Assembly (NCBI GenBank): GCA_951406725.2
Contig: OX597817.1
Location: 83,266,001 to 83,330,000, forward strand
Direction: 5' to 3'
Length of the DNA stretch: 64,000 nucleotides
Source of the DNA: Octopus vulgaris
Lineage: Eukaryota
This document shows positions 13,405 to 25,949 of this stretch, one piece after another (the stretch's first letter is position 1; every line of letters starts with the position of its first letter). The notes beneath the pieces were generated by a model. The model ran no database searches, was not told the origin of the DNA, and was given only the letters and a program-made list of their open reading frames with translations. The position numbers and the translations under genes are program-made.

Positions 13405-14831
13405 GTATGTAATTATCTCCCACCAGATGGAGTACTCTTTTGTTGAATCTTCTACCACGTATTAGTACATTATATGTATTTATATATATTTGTGTGTATA
13501 TGTGTGTATTTATATACACACACATGTACACACAATGAGACACACCACTCCGACAAATACAAGACACATAGACATACTCACGCAAACACTCCCACACGTA
13601 TACACCGACACTGCACTAACAATACAAACAAAACAAGTGACTCACAAATACAACACACACACATGTGCCCACACGTACATCCGGAAACTGCATAAACCAT
13701 GCCCACATATATACACACACACACACAAACGCATATTCAGTACCAACATACACAAAACGCACATGCTCAGACATGCATACCACCCGGATAAACCCAACAC
13801 ACACGGACACACACAGAACACCTGATAAATACAACACACTCACACACATACACATGCACACAAACCTACACAAACATACATATGCACCCTCACACACATA
13901 CTGTTGCTCACACACACACCACAAGGACAATCAAAACAACACAAATATATTCAGAGACACACACACTAACGTACACACACACTCACGTACACACACATAA
14001 CATCGCCACCAACACAAAACACACAAACATACATACGCACATATACTGACCCACACATATACACGCGCGAACAAACACATACAAACACATGCACATACAC
14101 AACACCCTAACAAATATCAATCACATACATAAACACACACAAACGTGCACACATATACACACACAATCCTACCCAATATAAAACTCACACAGACCCATAT
14201 ACACACGCCACGATAAACTCTCGGACCAATCAAAAATGGCTCTCATACACAAACACATGTATATACACGCACACATAGACATGTGCACAGAGACACACAC
14301 ACTTACACCACTCTGATCTCTAAGACCAGTCCCCAAAACCACTGAACCATGACAGACTAGTCCAGGAACAAAAACATACTTTTAATTCTACATTGCTCTT
14401 CCTTCCCACCACTCCAACCAATCTCTCTCACTGTCTCTTAAAATAGCAAACATTCGTTAGCTAGACACAAGACACAAGACAGAAAAAATGCCAAAAAGAC
14501 AGATTGGTTTCTCTCCCAATTGTTTGCAAAATCTTAAATATATCTCCTTCTGTGTATATATATATACTACCAAACAAACATGATTTTTATTGAACTTCTA
14601 ATACTTTTTTTGTTGACTGCTTTCTTCAATACTTTCTTGTAAACTGTTTTTAACATTTTCTTATTATTATCAAAGAATGTATATGTGTATTTCAATACTT
14701 TTGTGACAACCAATACTTAACACAACAAAGCTTATACAAAGCTTTACATTTTACTTTTGACAATCTTTTCCTAAAAATGTGAAACCGGTCAAGCGAATAA
14801 ACATATTTAAAATTGCATTTTCAAATATTCC

Positions 14832-14835
<4 letters not shown>
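13405..14835 (+). mobile_element. CA-rich low-complexity element, probably a Penelope-like 3' region with a hammerhead relic
   Basis: Ends with an ACATTTT...AAAATGT stem, GAAACCGGTC, AATAAA, then (TA)n. The CUGANGA half is not recognisable. Confidence 0.35.
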
Positions 14836-14880
<45 letters not shown>

Positions 14881-15639
14881 TTAGTCTTTAAACTTTCTTG
14901 TCGTTAACGCGAATAGTAATAATCATTATTATTATTTCTTTTTATTTGTAATTAAAGTTAGTGAAATATAATAAACTTTTTCACTGACACCCATTTTGCA
15001 TATCCAATTTCAGTATACACAATTTGACCCAGATCATGATAATGATGATTATGATGGTGATGAAAATGGAGGTGATGTTGATAAAACAATTATATTTCTT
15101 TATCTATTTCATCAGCCCTCGCATATATATATATATTATAGCTATTATCAGTTTTATCACCTAATATTCTCCTTTTTAGGTGATGGTGATGATGACGACG
15201 ACGATTATGTTGCTGATGTTGATGGTGCTACATACTTGAAAGCTGCCAACTTGCAGGCGTTGCATCATTTATTACTTTTGCATTTATTTATTAATGTGTT
15301 TATTGATTTTTATTCTTTTCTCTTTTCTTTTTATTTTTGCACTGGTTTATTTTCCTTATTTGCCCCACTTCATCCTCCCGCTCGCTCTCCTTCGCTAACC
15401 ATTAATATCTGTCTTAATGCTATGTTCTTTGACATGTTTATGGTTATGCATTGGAGCTGAAAGATTGATACTGTCTCTCTCTACTGAGAAACTACCAAAT
15501 CTACTTCCTCCACTCATACACCCAATACTTTTGCGCTGCCCCACTCGTATCGGCTTTTTACCTAACTGTTTCATAGTATACTATAAGATCACTTGCATAA
15601 ATCCTATAAACTACATTTCTTCTTTAACTCCTCTTATTG

Positions 15640-16720
15640 AAGACATATAAACCCAACGGTTTAATCTGGCCTCAAACCCCAAGGGAAAGGAAAATTGACT
15701 AGCTTCCTAGGTAACATCTGATTAAATGAATATTTCAACAATAATTTATATATTAAGCATGTTCAATTAAAGTTTGGCTTTTCTCTGATTTTTAAGTGTT
15801 CTTTCTAACAGTAATCAGACTCCTTCAACTAACAGGTGTAACACGATGACCAGACAGAGAATAGATATATTTTCACAGTTAAATATACATCTCCAGAAAT
15901 CAAACGATTCTGTCTTTGGAATCGTATATTTGATTAATATATAGGGTTTTTGAAATTCCATATCAGAACAACTATCAAAACTATAGCTTCCGACCATGAA
16001 CAACTATCAAAACTACAGCTTCCGTTATGCCTCGAGCAGCAAATTTGAAACAGTAGAGTATATGGCTCAAGTTCATGCCTACAACTAGATTCTTGCAGTT
16101 TCACTTCACAAATGACTTTATATGCATGACCGAACCACAAGACATGAAGGCCGTCTATTTTGCCAGAACGATTATAAATGCCTCCGAAATGGATTCAAAT
16201 ATACTTAGACATGCACGGAAACTATTGATCTACTCCAATGTTACAATGTGGAAAGATACAAATTTTAATGCATTCTGCAATGTCAGTGTGGGAGCAAATA
16301 CTGCAGTATTTGTTAACGACATGTTTAGATTCACATGTGCCCAAGATCTCAAGATTTACATCACAGGCATCGAAAAAGAATTATATCAAGATAATGGACT
16401 ATTGAGAATAAAACTCTCCAACTTATAAGCAATAAAAAGAATTTTCTTTTAAACTTGTATCTTTCTTTATGTATCTAGGATGTTATATCGCTGTAGATGC
16501 CGAATTTACCTGCGTCAACGTCTTTACCCAATCCTCAAATCAAACGAGTCCCTACGTTAACCTTACTCGCACAGAATCACCAACTGAACACCGCCAGGAA
16601 TTTTGTTAAATAAATATTCCCAAGAATGTAACACATATAAGAGTTCTTGAGCACAACCTGGAAAATACTGAAAAAGAAGAAATAATACACAGGTAACAAG
16701 AAGCCATGCAACATTATGGA
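15640..16720 (+). mobile_element. Degenerate Penelope-like reverse transcriptase fragment
   Basis: ORF 16075-16428 (AVYFARTIINASEMDSNILRHARKLLIY...FCNVSVGA...LYQDNGLL) resembles the PLE RT pattern A..FA......D..II.HARK.LL...FDV.MG...LYRDDGL. Outer boundaries are approximate. Confidence 0.6.
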
Positions 16721-17383
16721 ATGCCTGAAAAATCCGCTTTTTTACAGTTTCATTTCTAGACCATGATTCTAAATACGTATTGTTTTCTGTAAGCTCAGGG
16801 TCTCTAATACGTCTAACTACACTGAATATATTAAAAATCCAACCGCTGTCATCATTACCATATTTGTTATATACTTCCTTTATCTATCTACATACCTATC
16901 AATTTATCCATCTATCAATCTATCAATCTATCTGTCTGTCTATCTATCCATCTGTATGTATGTATGTGTGTCTCTCTATCTATCTAATTACAAAAGTAAA
17001 CATACATTCAGGCATACACACAAACACACAAGTATACAGACATTTCTGTATCTTGAATTATACCTAATGGGGTGCTGTGTCAAGCTGCAACTAATATATA
17101 GACTCCATAAAAATATGCTGAATGTATATATCTTTCCTGCACTCACAAATACTTGCACAAATACTCAGGCGCTCACCTATCCATATGTTGCGTTATATTA
17201 TGTTATATATATACTGCAATTATTATATATAATCCCTCTCTTTCTTTCTGTCTCCCCCCTCTCTCTCTCTCTCATTATATATATATATATGAAACAAATG
17301 ACAAACAAGTAATGTTTTATGTTAGTATATACAATCGTTTTCTGAGCATTAATTACGTGGCTGTACACACACTCACAACCCCC

Positions 17384-17486
<103 letters not shown>

Positions 17487-17499
17487 ATACATAAGTATA

Positions 17500-18292
17500 T
17501 ATAATCCAGACTGTTGATATAGTAATAACAAAAGCTAAATCACGCAGAGAAATGCCGCTTGGCAAAAATTGACCTTGATCTCTGCTGTGCATGCGCACTA
17601 AGTTTTAACGTTATAGCTCACTTCCGTTGTATAGTGCTTGGAAGGAAGGTGTGTAGTGTGTGATCGTCGCATTGACTATGGCAGAGAAAGTTATCGTAGT
17701 AATACCTGCTCAAAAACTTACGCAAAGTTGCGGAAAGAGTATGGAGAGGAGTGTATGAGCCGCACACATGTGCACGAGTGGTCGAAAACTGTCGATATTG
17801 ACGAACGTTCTGGGAGACTCGCAACCAACAGAACTGAGAAAAACAGATGTGCCTGCAGCTGTGAGGGGAAGTCGTCGAATCACCAACTGTGAGTTATAAG
17901 GGGATATGCAGATTAGTTACGGTTCAGTTCAGTTCATTATCACTGAAGATTTGGGTATAAAACACATGTCTACCAAATTTGTGCCAAAACTGCTTTCAGC
18001 TGGCCAAGGAGACACTCGGGTTTCAGTTGCACAAGGTCTCCTTAATTGTGTCGAGAACGATGGAACTTTTTGAAAAAATTGCGTAGGCCTCTGAACAGGT
18101 ATCACCAAGCTTTCGGCAAAAGTTGATGCATCACACGCTACACACCCTTCCTTCCAAGCACTGCTGCAAACATCAGAAGTGAGCCAGAACGTTAAAACTT
18201 ATTGCGCATACACAGCACAGCTTAAGACCGATCTGTGTCAACTGGCTTTACAATGCGTGCTTTAGCTTCGTTTCTATAGGTACAAACACATT
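17500..18292 (+). mobile_element. Non-autonomous mariner derivative with long TIRs
   Basis: About 17500-17665 is inverted relative to about 18130-18290 (GTGCTTGGAAGGAAGG / CCTTCCTTCCAAGCAC). The interior holds a mariner N-terminal HTH remnant, YGEECMSRTHVHEW...DERSGR. Confidence 0.85.
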
Positions 18293-18314
18293 CAATATAT
18301 TTATATATATAAAA

Positions 18315-18630
18315 CCAGCTGGAAAATATGTTTTCCTGGTCCTAAAACAACAGTACTATTGTCCTTTATAGGACTACCGCATTTAAAGAATATATAGTAT
18401 TTGCGAGTGGAGAGAGCTTTTATCACTAGCCTGTGATTGTGTCACACTGAGAACAGGTAACTATCCAGAAACCTAGGTCTGTGAGTGTCACGTAAGTCTA
18501 GAGATGGGAGCGATGACCTCCCATGCAAATGCTATACGGACACCAACTCTGTGGCGACAGCCAGCTGGAAAAGATGTTTTCCTGGGGGTAAAACAACAGT
18601 AACATCGTCCTTTATAGGACTGCCACATTC
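18315..18630 (+). mobile_element. Retrozyme-like unit: ~69-bp direct repeats (period 246) flanking a hammerhead, between TA tracts
   Basis: CCAGCTGGAAAA...TTTATAGGACT occurs at 18315 and 18561. Confidence 0.65.
18442..18484 (+). ncRNA. Type I hammerhead ribozyme with G8 mutated
   Basis: UCACA CUGAGAA caggUAACUAUcca GAAAC CUAG GUC UGUGA. Helix I is UCACA/UGUGA and helix III is the palindrome ACCUAGGU. Confidence 0.7.
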
Positions 18631-21600
18631 TGTTGGCACATAAACTTTACTATATATATATATGTGTATATATGCACAAGTTGACAGGAAATCGCAGCTC
18701 CGTGTGATTGACTTTTGATACTAACAAATAAATAAATATTTGTTCCTGAAAAACAGTCTGAAACGTCTCGTAGATGGATATTAAATACTCCAAGAATTTC
18801 AGGCGAATTGATTCCTAGATCTTGAAAAGATGTATATAAGCTTTTGAAAAGATGTATAGAAGATTTTGAAGAAGTTATATTGCGAAGACTATATTTAAGC
18901 AGGTAGCAGATGTCATAATTATTGCTTTCACTTCAGAGCTATAAATATGGTTATCTGAAAAACTGTGGCTTTGGCTTTCAGGGATGATTGTCAGGTATGC
19001 AACTGAAAGTCGAAAATGTGTAAATACAATAGAAATACATACTGCATGTAATATATAGCAACTAATAACCTGCTGTGAAGGAAATATTTGAGAATATTGA
19101 TACAAAATGAGTTCGTGGCTATATTTAAATAAATATTTGGTAAATGTCCACAATTCTCTTTCCAACTGTATCTGATAATGTGTTCAGTAATTATGTTCAT
19201 TTTGCTTGTGGCTGAATGAAAGTGTAATATTCTACACTATTGCATTGTGAGTCGTAATATTTTGAATTAGAGCTTGAATTCAGTTATTCCTGGAGGTAAA
19301 AAGTAGCAAGTATGATGACTACGGAGTAAGTTGTTGCTATATACGTCTACGCGGAAAGAAATTTAACGATTTTTACTATTGAAGCATTGACCGCATTCAA
19401 AGGTAACAAAACCCGAGAGCACATTTAACAATCAGATACATAAAAACTGAAAATGATTGAAATGTTCTCTCTATTGAGCTAGACTTTAACTGATAAATGG
19501 ATCTCAGGCACGAACGTTCTTTTAGCCGAAATGTTTCATTATAACAAGAATTTAGATCAAAAGTTAATTATTAATGGAGCTTTTTTTGAAAAAAAATGGC
19601 ATAAATATAATTTTGGAATTTGCGGTTTATGTAACAGACGTGGTTATATACCAACAAACAGATTAGCATTGGTAATTGTATTTACTCGCCCATGGAAATC
19701 AACTGATATTATCGGTTTCATTTAATTGGAAATGAATACTGTGAAAGGATGGATTATAAAACACTTCATAAAAATGTCTTAAAATATAAATAGGCGCAGA
19801 AACGTCGGAATGTTTAAGAAGTTTGCTTCGTCGTTTTGTGTTCAATTCCACAGTGTGGAATTTTGGTTAAGTGTCTTTTACTATAAGCCCATACATAAAA
19901 CAAATTATACAAATCTGCACCTATAAATATGTGCATACATACATGCATACATACATAAATACCCTGTTGTTGATGTTGAAACCCCAATGGAGGAACCTTG
20001 GATCTAGGTTAGAACCCAACTCTTTCTCTATTGGCAAGAAATCTTGAAATAAAGCTGAATAATGACATACATACATACATACATACATACATACATACAT
20101 ACATACATACATACATACATACATACATACATACATACATACATAGTGAATCAAGTAAGAGGTAAAAGTTAAGGATTAAGTTCTGACAGAAAATCCATAA
20201 TTCAAAGTTGCTCTTGGTACATGAATTTTTTGTGTTTTAAGAGATTTTTACTATTTAAATATTAATGTTTTAGATCAGAAACACAGTTGAAGAGTTCGTT
20301 ATGTTCCACCTGGTTGATATGTGTTTATGTTTCACGACCAAAATATATTTTTTATAAGATGCCAGTTGTGATACAAAATATGATCATGGTTAAAATTATA
20401 AAATACCAGTTACTTGTATGAAAGAAACTGTGACTCAGACTTTATTCTGAAACAGATATTTCCTAGTATATGCCGATATTTATAAACAGTCATATAATCT
20501 GTATATGCTATATATTATTTATGCCCAATCAGTTTTTGATATTTACTCGTATTAAGAAAGAGAAGAACATCGTTGCAACAATAATCATCTCATGTAAATA
20601 ATAAATCTAATTAATCTCACTCATAAGATGCAGATAATATGTACATGCTGAAAAACTATATCCACACAATTTTACAATAAGTATAAGAATCATAATTTAA
20701 GAAGGAACTGCATACTAGAATTTGAAACCGTTAAAATTAGTGCGTTGTAATCAAGCAAAATATAAAATTACATTTGCTGACATTTTCCTACCAAACATTT
20801 GAAGCTGAAAAAGTTATAAATTTTATTTGATTTTAACCCTCCTGATATCGAGCAACTGAGACCGTCTTTGATTCTGTGGTGCAACCTTCCTATTTTTAAA
20901 GTAATCTAAAAATCTTTTATGAAAATTTCCTACTTTGTTCTCAATACAAATTTTACTGAATTTTTCATTATTTTCAAAATAATTTTAATAAAAGAATTAA
21001 AACTGTAGGTTTACTCATATAGTAAAATAGTTCTTTTCTAAATACTAACCAAGTTCTAGGGTGATATTAGAATCAATTTAATCGTCTATATTCTCCCTCA
21101 TATGATGGATAATATAGACGATTAATATATAACGCTTCAACCTCAGCTTCAACGTTTGACAGGAATTCTCTTTCTTCTCTATCTGCAGTAGTATCACTTT
21201 CTTATCACACTCGCTCATGTCGCATTTCCCCACCCGCGTTGTCTTCATCTTTTAAGCTACCATTTTGTGAGCTCCCTATCTTCTGAACACCGAAACTGGA
21301 AGTAAAATATAAATCACAATATGAATGAAGAAAGAAATGGAGAATAACTCACCGTTATGAGAACTAATTGACACGGACAAATCTTCCCGGCAGTACAACA
21401 CCTGCATGAGATCAAATGTAGTACGTTTTATTATTCAGGTGCAAATATATATCCATAATATTTCTCCACTGCATCCATGAATGAAAAGAAAAATTATACT
21501 TCGAAAAATTCCCAGTAGCACATTTAGCAATCATCATGAAACCTAAAACAAATGTGCGACATATAGCTCTCTCACGCTAAGCACAAGTGTACCTTCCTTT

Positions 21601-22428
21601 CCAAATACCGTCATCAACTCTAGAAATACTCAAGGAAGTTCGGTCACTATAATATATTTCAGCTCAAAAATGTTTCTCAGATTTATAAACGGGATCTAAT
21701 GATCTATGGCTTTCAGCATAGACATCGCCATCTCAACTTCATTGCTAATTAATGCCCTCAAACTCAACGCTAAATCATGAACGTAAAATAAAAACAATGC
21801 ATTTAATACCACATTTGTACAACTTGGCGGTTGAATATTGTCAAGTTAATTACTTATGGCTGACAGTACATTGCTTGGAAACTAAAACAAAGGCAGAAAG
21901 CCTTAGTACGTATATAGTTATTATAATTTCTTACCTGCTCAAAGAAATAAGAATACCTTTTGATACTTAAATGTAGATCACATAATGATAGAGTGGAGAA
22001 ATCACACATCAACAATTATGGGTACTACATTTGAATGTTCCTTCTCAAACTAAATCAATATCTGACAACGATTTATGCACCACTGTCACTGGAATAAATC
22101 TGGAATATTTAACTGCACGCATAGAAAATTTCGATCCATTAAATATAAAAGCGACAATGCACAGAAATATTGATGTCGACAAACGAGAAAACTAGAGGCT
22201 TAAATTCAGAATACTCCGTACATAATTTTAATGTCACATGGAAAGGCATACAGTAACAGATAAATTGAAAGAAATCGGCAGAGTTAGAAATGTTATACTA
22301 ATTTGCGATACTTAATGAAGCATATAATGAGTTCTGATTGAAATGTAAATATCTGAAGTACCCCCTTAGTTTGAGGGCATTCTATATGACTAGAATGATT
22401 CATGAGAACTCTAGAATGGATCCAAAGA

Positions 22429-22483
<55 letters not shown>

Positions 22484-22501
22484 TATAATTTTGTACACAT
22501 A

Positions 22502-22666
22502 GGCGTAGGAGTGGCTGTGTGGTAAGTAGCTTGTTTACCAACCACATGGTTCCGGGTTCAGTCCCACTGCGTGGCAGCTTGGGCAAGTGTCTTCTACTTT
22601 AGCCTTGGGTCGACCAAAGCCTTGTGAGTGGATTTGGTGGACGGAAACTGAAAGAAGCCCATCGTA

Positions 22667-22739
<73 letters not shown>

Positions 22740-22948
22740 TTGTGTGTCTGTGTTTGTCCCCCCAACATCGCTTGACAACCGATGCTGGTGTGTTTACGTC
22801 GCCGTAACTTAGCGGTTCAGCAAAGACACCGATAGAATAAGTAGTAGGCTTGCAAAGAATAAGTCGTGGAGTCGATTTGCTCGACTAAAGGCGGTGCTCT
22901 AGCATGGCCACAGTCAAATGACTGAAATAAGTAAAAGAGTAAAAGAGT
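22502..22948 (+). mobile_element. SINE family A, full length (tRNA head, CORE-like domain, internal TA/TG microsatellite, TAAAAGAG tail)
   Basis: A-box-like TGGCTGTGTGG, B-box-like GGTTCAGTCCC and CORE-like CTTGGGCAAGTG. Several other copies occur in the window. Confidence 0.92.
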
Positions 22949-23277
22949 ATATATATTAACTACACACGCGTACACATACAAATACATTTATATTTACACT
23001 ACATACACAATAGAATACTACTTTTTTGATGAGATACAGGCGTCCTGTATCAATACCCAGTGTGAAGGTTGTCACCAACAAATTATAATACACTGACACG
23101 TCTATGTAGTTCCAAAACATTTTTGTGTTCTACTTAATCCCCTTTGTTTTATCTTGAATAAATATCAATATTTCATTTTTCAGTTTTCAGAGTTGACCTA
23201 TCTGGTAGTTTCTAAAGTACGTATCATCAAGCAAGGTCTCTGAAAAAATTGTTAATATACTTATGAGCAGTATCAGC

Positions 23278-23685
23278 GCCATCCGATGATTAGGCATAAG
23301 CTGCGAACTTTAGGTTAGTGGCAATATGTTTGTGACATATTTCCACTTCTAAAGACGAATTTACTGCATTTACCGTGGATAAAAAAATAATAATTCTCTA
23401 AAAGCACAATAGCTGCCCAGTGCACCCCCTATCGGATTCCCAGACGCAGCTTTTCTCGCTCTTTAGCCGTTATCAACGGGAAATACCGAAGTGATGTAAC
23501 TGAGAGTAGGTTTAAAGTCGTCGTGGCTTTAAATAATATCAGGTAATAACATTGACTGAGTAGTGCCAAGGGACCAACCGGTTGAGAAAAGTCAGCAATG
23601 TCATCATTAAGTAGTGATTAGGCATAAGTGAACTTTAGGTTAATTAAAATATATTTGTGACATATTTCAACTTCTAAAGGCGTGG
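23278..23685 (+). repeat. ~70-bp diverged direct repeat (period 328) with a hammerhead-like relic in the first copy
   Basis: TGATTAGGCATAAG...GAACTTTAGGTTA...TTTGTGACATATTTC.ACTTCTAAAG occurs at 23287 and 23615. Confidence 0.7.
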
Positions 23686-24396
23686 TGATGATGTTAGTCG
23701 TACTGCCAGAAGTTGCAAGGGGTTTCAAGTGAAATGTCTTTTCTACGTCACACTGATAGAGAAAATCGTTTGCACTGCATAATCTATAGTAAAAAATTCC
23801 TAAGAGAAATCTTTCAGATATCCGCTTTAAAAGAAAAAATGGTTGTAGCTTTCACATTAAGCAATACATTTTCCCTCTTCTTGCGCGATTACTGCGTTAA
23901 CTCGGCTCCTGTTCGTAACAGGACCATTCTGTTTGTTTCTTTTAGGTGTAATACTTCTGGTACATCGTTATTGAACTCGTTGTTTGTAAAAATGTAGTTT
24001 GTGATATAGAAGGAGACTTAGTTGCTAATTTCATCAGAATGAATAACAGTATTACAGACTCTTTCTATTAAACAGAAGTAGATGGATACAATAGTAATCA
24101 AAATAATTAACAATAGCATTCGATCCTCTTTATTCATGTCCATTTCCAGTTTAAACATACAGCTGCTATATTATATAACAAATATAATAATAGCAGACTA
24201 GACGCATCTCAATCAAACATTTATTACAACAGTCAGTCTCTCAGCTGATAATACTTCAGGAAAATTGAAAATGAAACAAGTATCAAAATTCAATGTAAAG
24301 AATCAGCTAGATGTTTGACTGTATATATTGGTTCGTATATATGCGTGTATGTTTGCGTGCATACGTACGTCTGTGTGTGTATTATGTGTGTGTGCG

Positions 24397-24444
<48 letters not shown>

Positions 24445-25949
24445 CGTGCGTGTGTGCGTGTGTGTGCGTGCGCATATGTTCGCACGTGTGTTTGTATGCG
24501 CTGATAATTCACTATAATTTGAAAATGAAATGTTTTACAACTTATTTGAAAATTTTATATCATAAATAAGGTTAAGATAGCACTCACAAATACATTTTTG
24601 AAATGCTGGCTTTTTATGTTCCAAGGGAAAACATAAATATTCAATACTCACCCATTTCTAAAGAGGATCCTATAAATTATGTATGTTTATTTGGTAAAGG
24701 ATCCTTTGAACTTTATCATATTTTTATTTTATTTTACTGAATATTAGCAGATATAATTTGATTAGGAGCCAAGTAACACATTTCAACTTAAATACACTGA
24801 AGTAGTGTTATCATCTTTAGCTGTAACCTAAATATAAGACATAAAGATACAAGCATATATGAAAACTAAACACCTATAAAACAACGTTTATATCACCTGC
24901 AAAACTATTATTTAAAAATATTAGTTTTGGCTGCAATCAGTTCCTATATTGAATTCAGAATATATTTTTTAAAAATATGTCTTATTAATATTTACTAGCA
25001 GTTATTTTGAAAATTCTAAAATTGGTGGGAACCCATAGAAAAATTTGAAATGTATGATATTTCAAAATTCTATCTTTACTGAAATATTTGGTTCTTCAGA
25101 TGGTGTATAATTCACATGGGGAAATACTGAAAGTGCAGCTTTAAAGGAGAAAACTATATTCTTCGCAATGCGTATGTCGCCTCCTCTATTGTGGTAGTTG
25201 ATGACACTGATTTTCAAAGCGGTTTTGCATGCTTCAGTTACAACTCGTTATTATTTTTATTTTTATTTAAACAAATGTAGAGTAGTGTTACGCGACGTTC
25301 TAAATACGTTGGCAATGATTTATCAAATCTTGTTTTGCTTACTACATCATCCTTATATTTATCTCAACGGAAAGTGCATATGGGTAGGACTGAACACACA
25401 GTACCAATGAATAAATTAGAGTACCTGCCTCGCTGGGCTGTGATAAGAATTCTTTTTTAGACAGATGCATTACAAATAATATAAATAATGTGTGTATAAT
25501 AGATTATATTTTTGATTTCGTTCCATAGTTGATGCATTTCCTACATAGGCCGTAGCTGAGTAATAGATTATAATTAATATAAAAAAAATATTATAATTAA
25601 TATTTCTAGCCTAGTTACTTTTTTTTGTAATTACAGTTCCTATATCCACTGATATTCGAGAATTTTCGAAAATAATTTCTTTGATTTTTAAATTCTCACT
25701 GAATTCTTTTATGTCTAAATAATCGGAGGTTAAATTTTTAATAGAATTTTCGATCATTATTTCAGAATCTCGAGCAAAATGTTTTCGAGCTGATAATCAG
25801 TAGGTGAGCAACTCGTAAAATGCATCAATCTTCACTTGTCAAGTATAATTAACCTACGCTGAATGTTTCATTTGATTTTGTTTTTCAGACTGACAACATA
25901 ACCTGAGACGAATGAAGAAATAAGCTGAACAATACGATTTCTTTCAATT

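Noticed and set aside
15966-16025. 27-bp direct repeat GAACAACTATCAAAACTAYAGCTTCCG, two copies; other repeat-spacer-like patterns
   Set aside because: Simple tandem duplication. There are no unique spacers or cas genes and the context is eukaryotic, so it is not CRISPR.
22502-22575. tRNA-like A/B boxes as a tRNA gene
   Set aside because: They are SINE heads that continue into SINE body sequence, and I see no complete cloverleaf.
24245-24285. CUGAUAA...GAAACAAGUA, and a similar match at 18745-18775
   Set aside because: The core is non-canonical and there is no helix I pairing. Such matches are expected by chance in AT-rich DNA.
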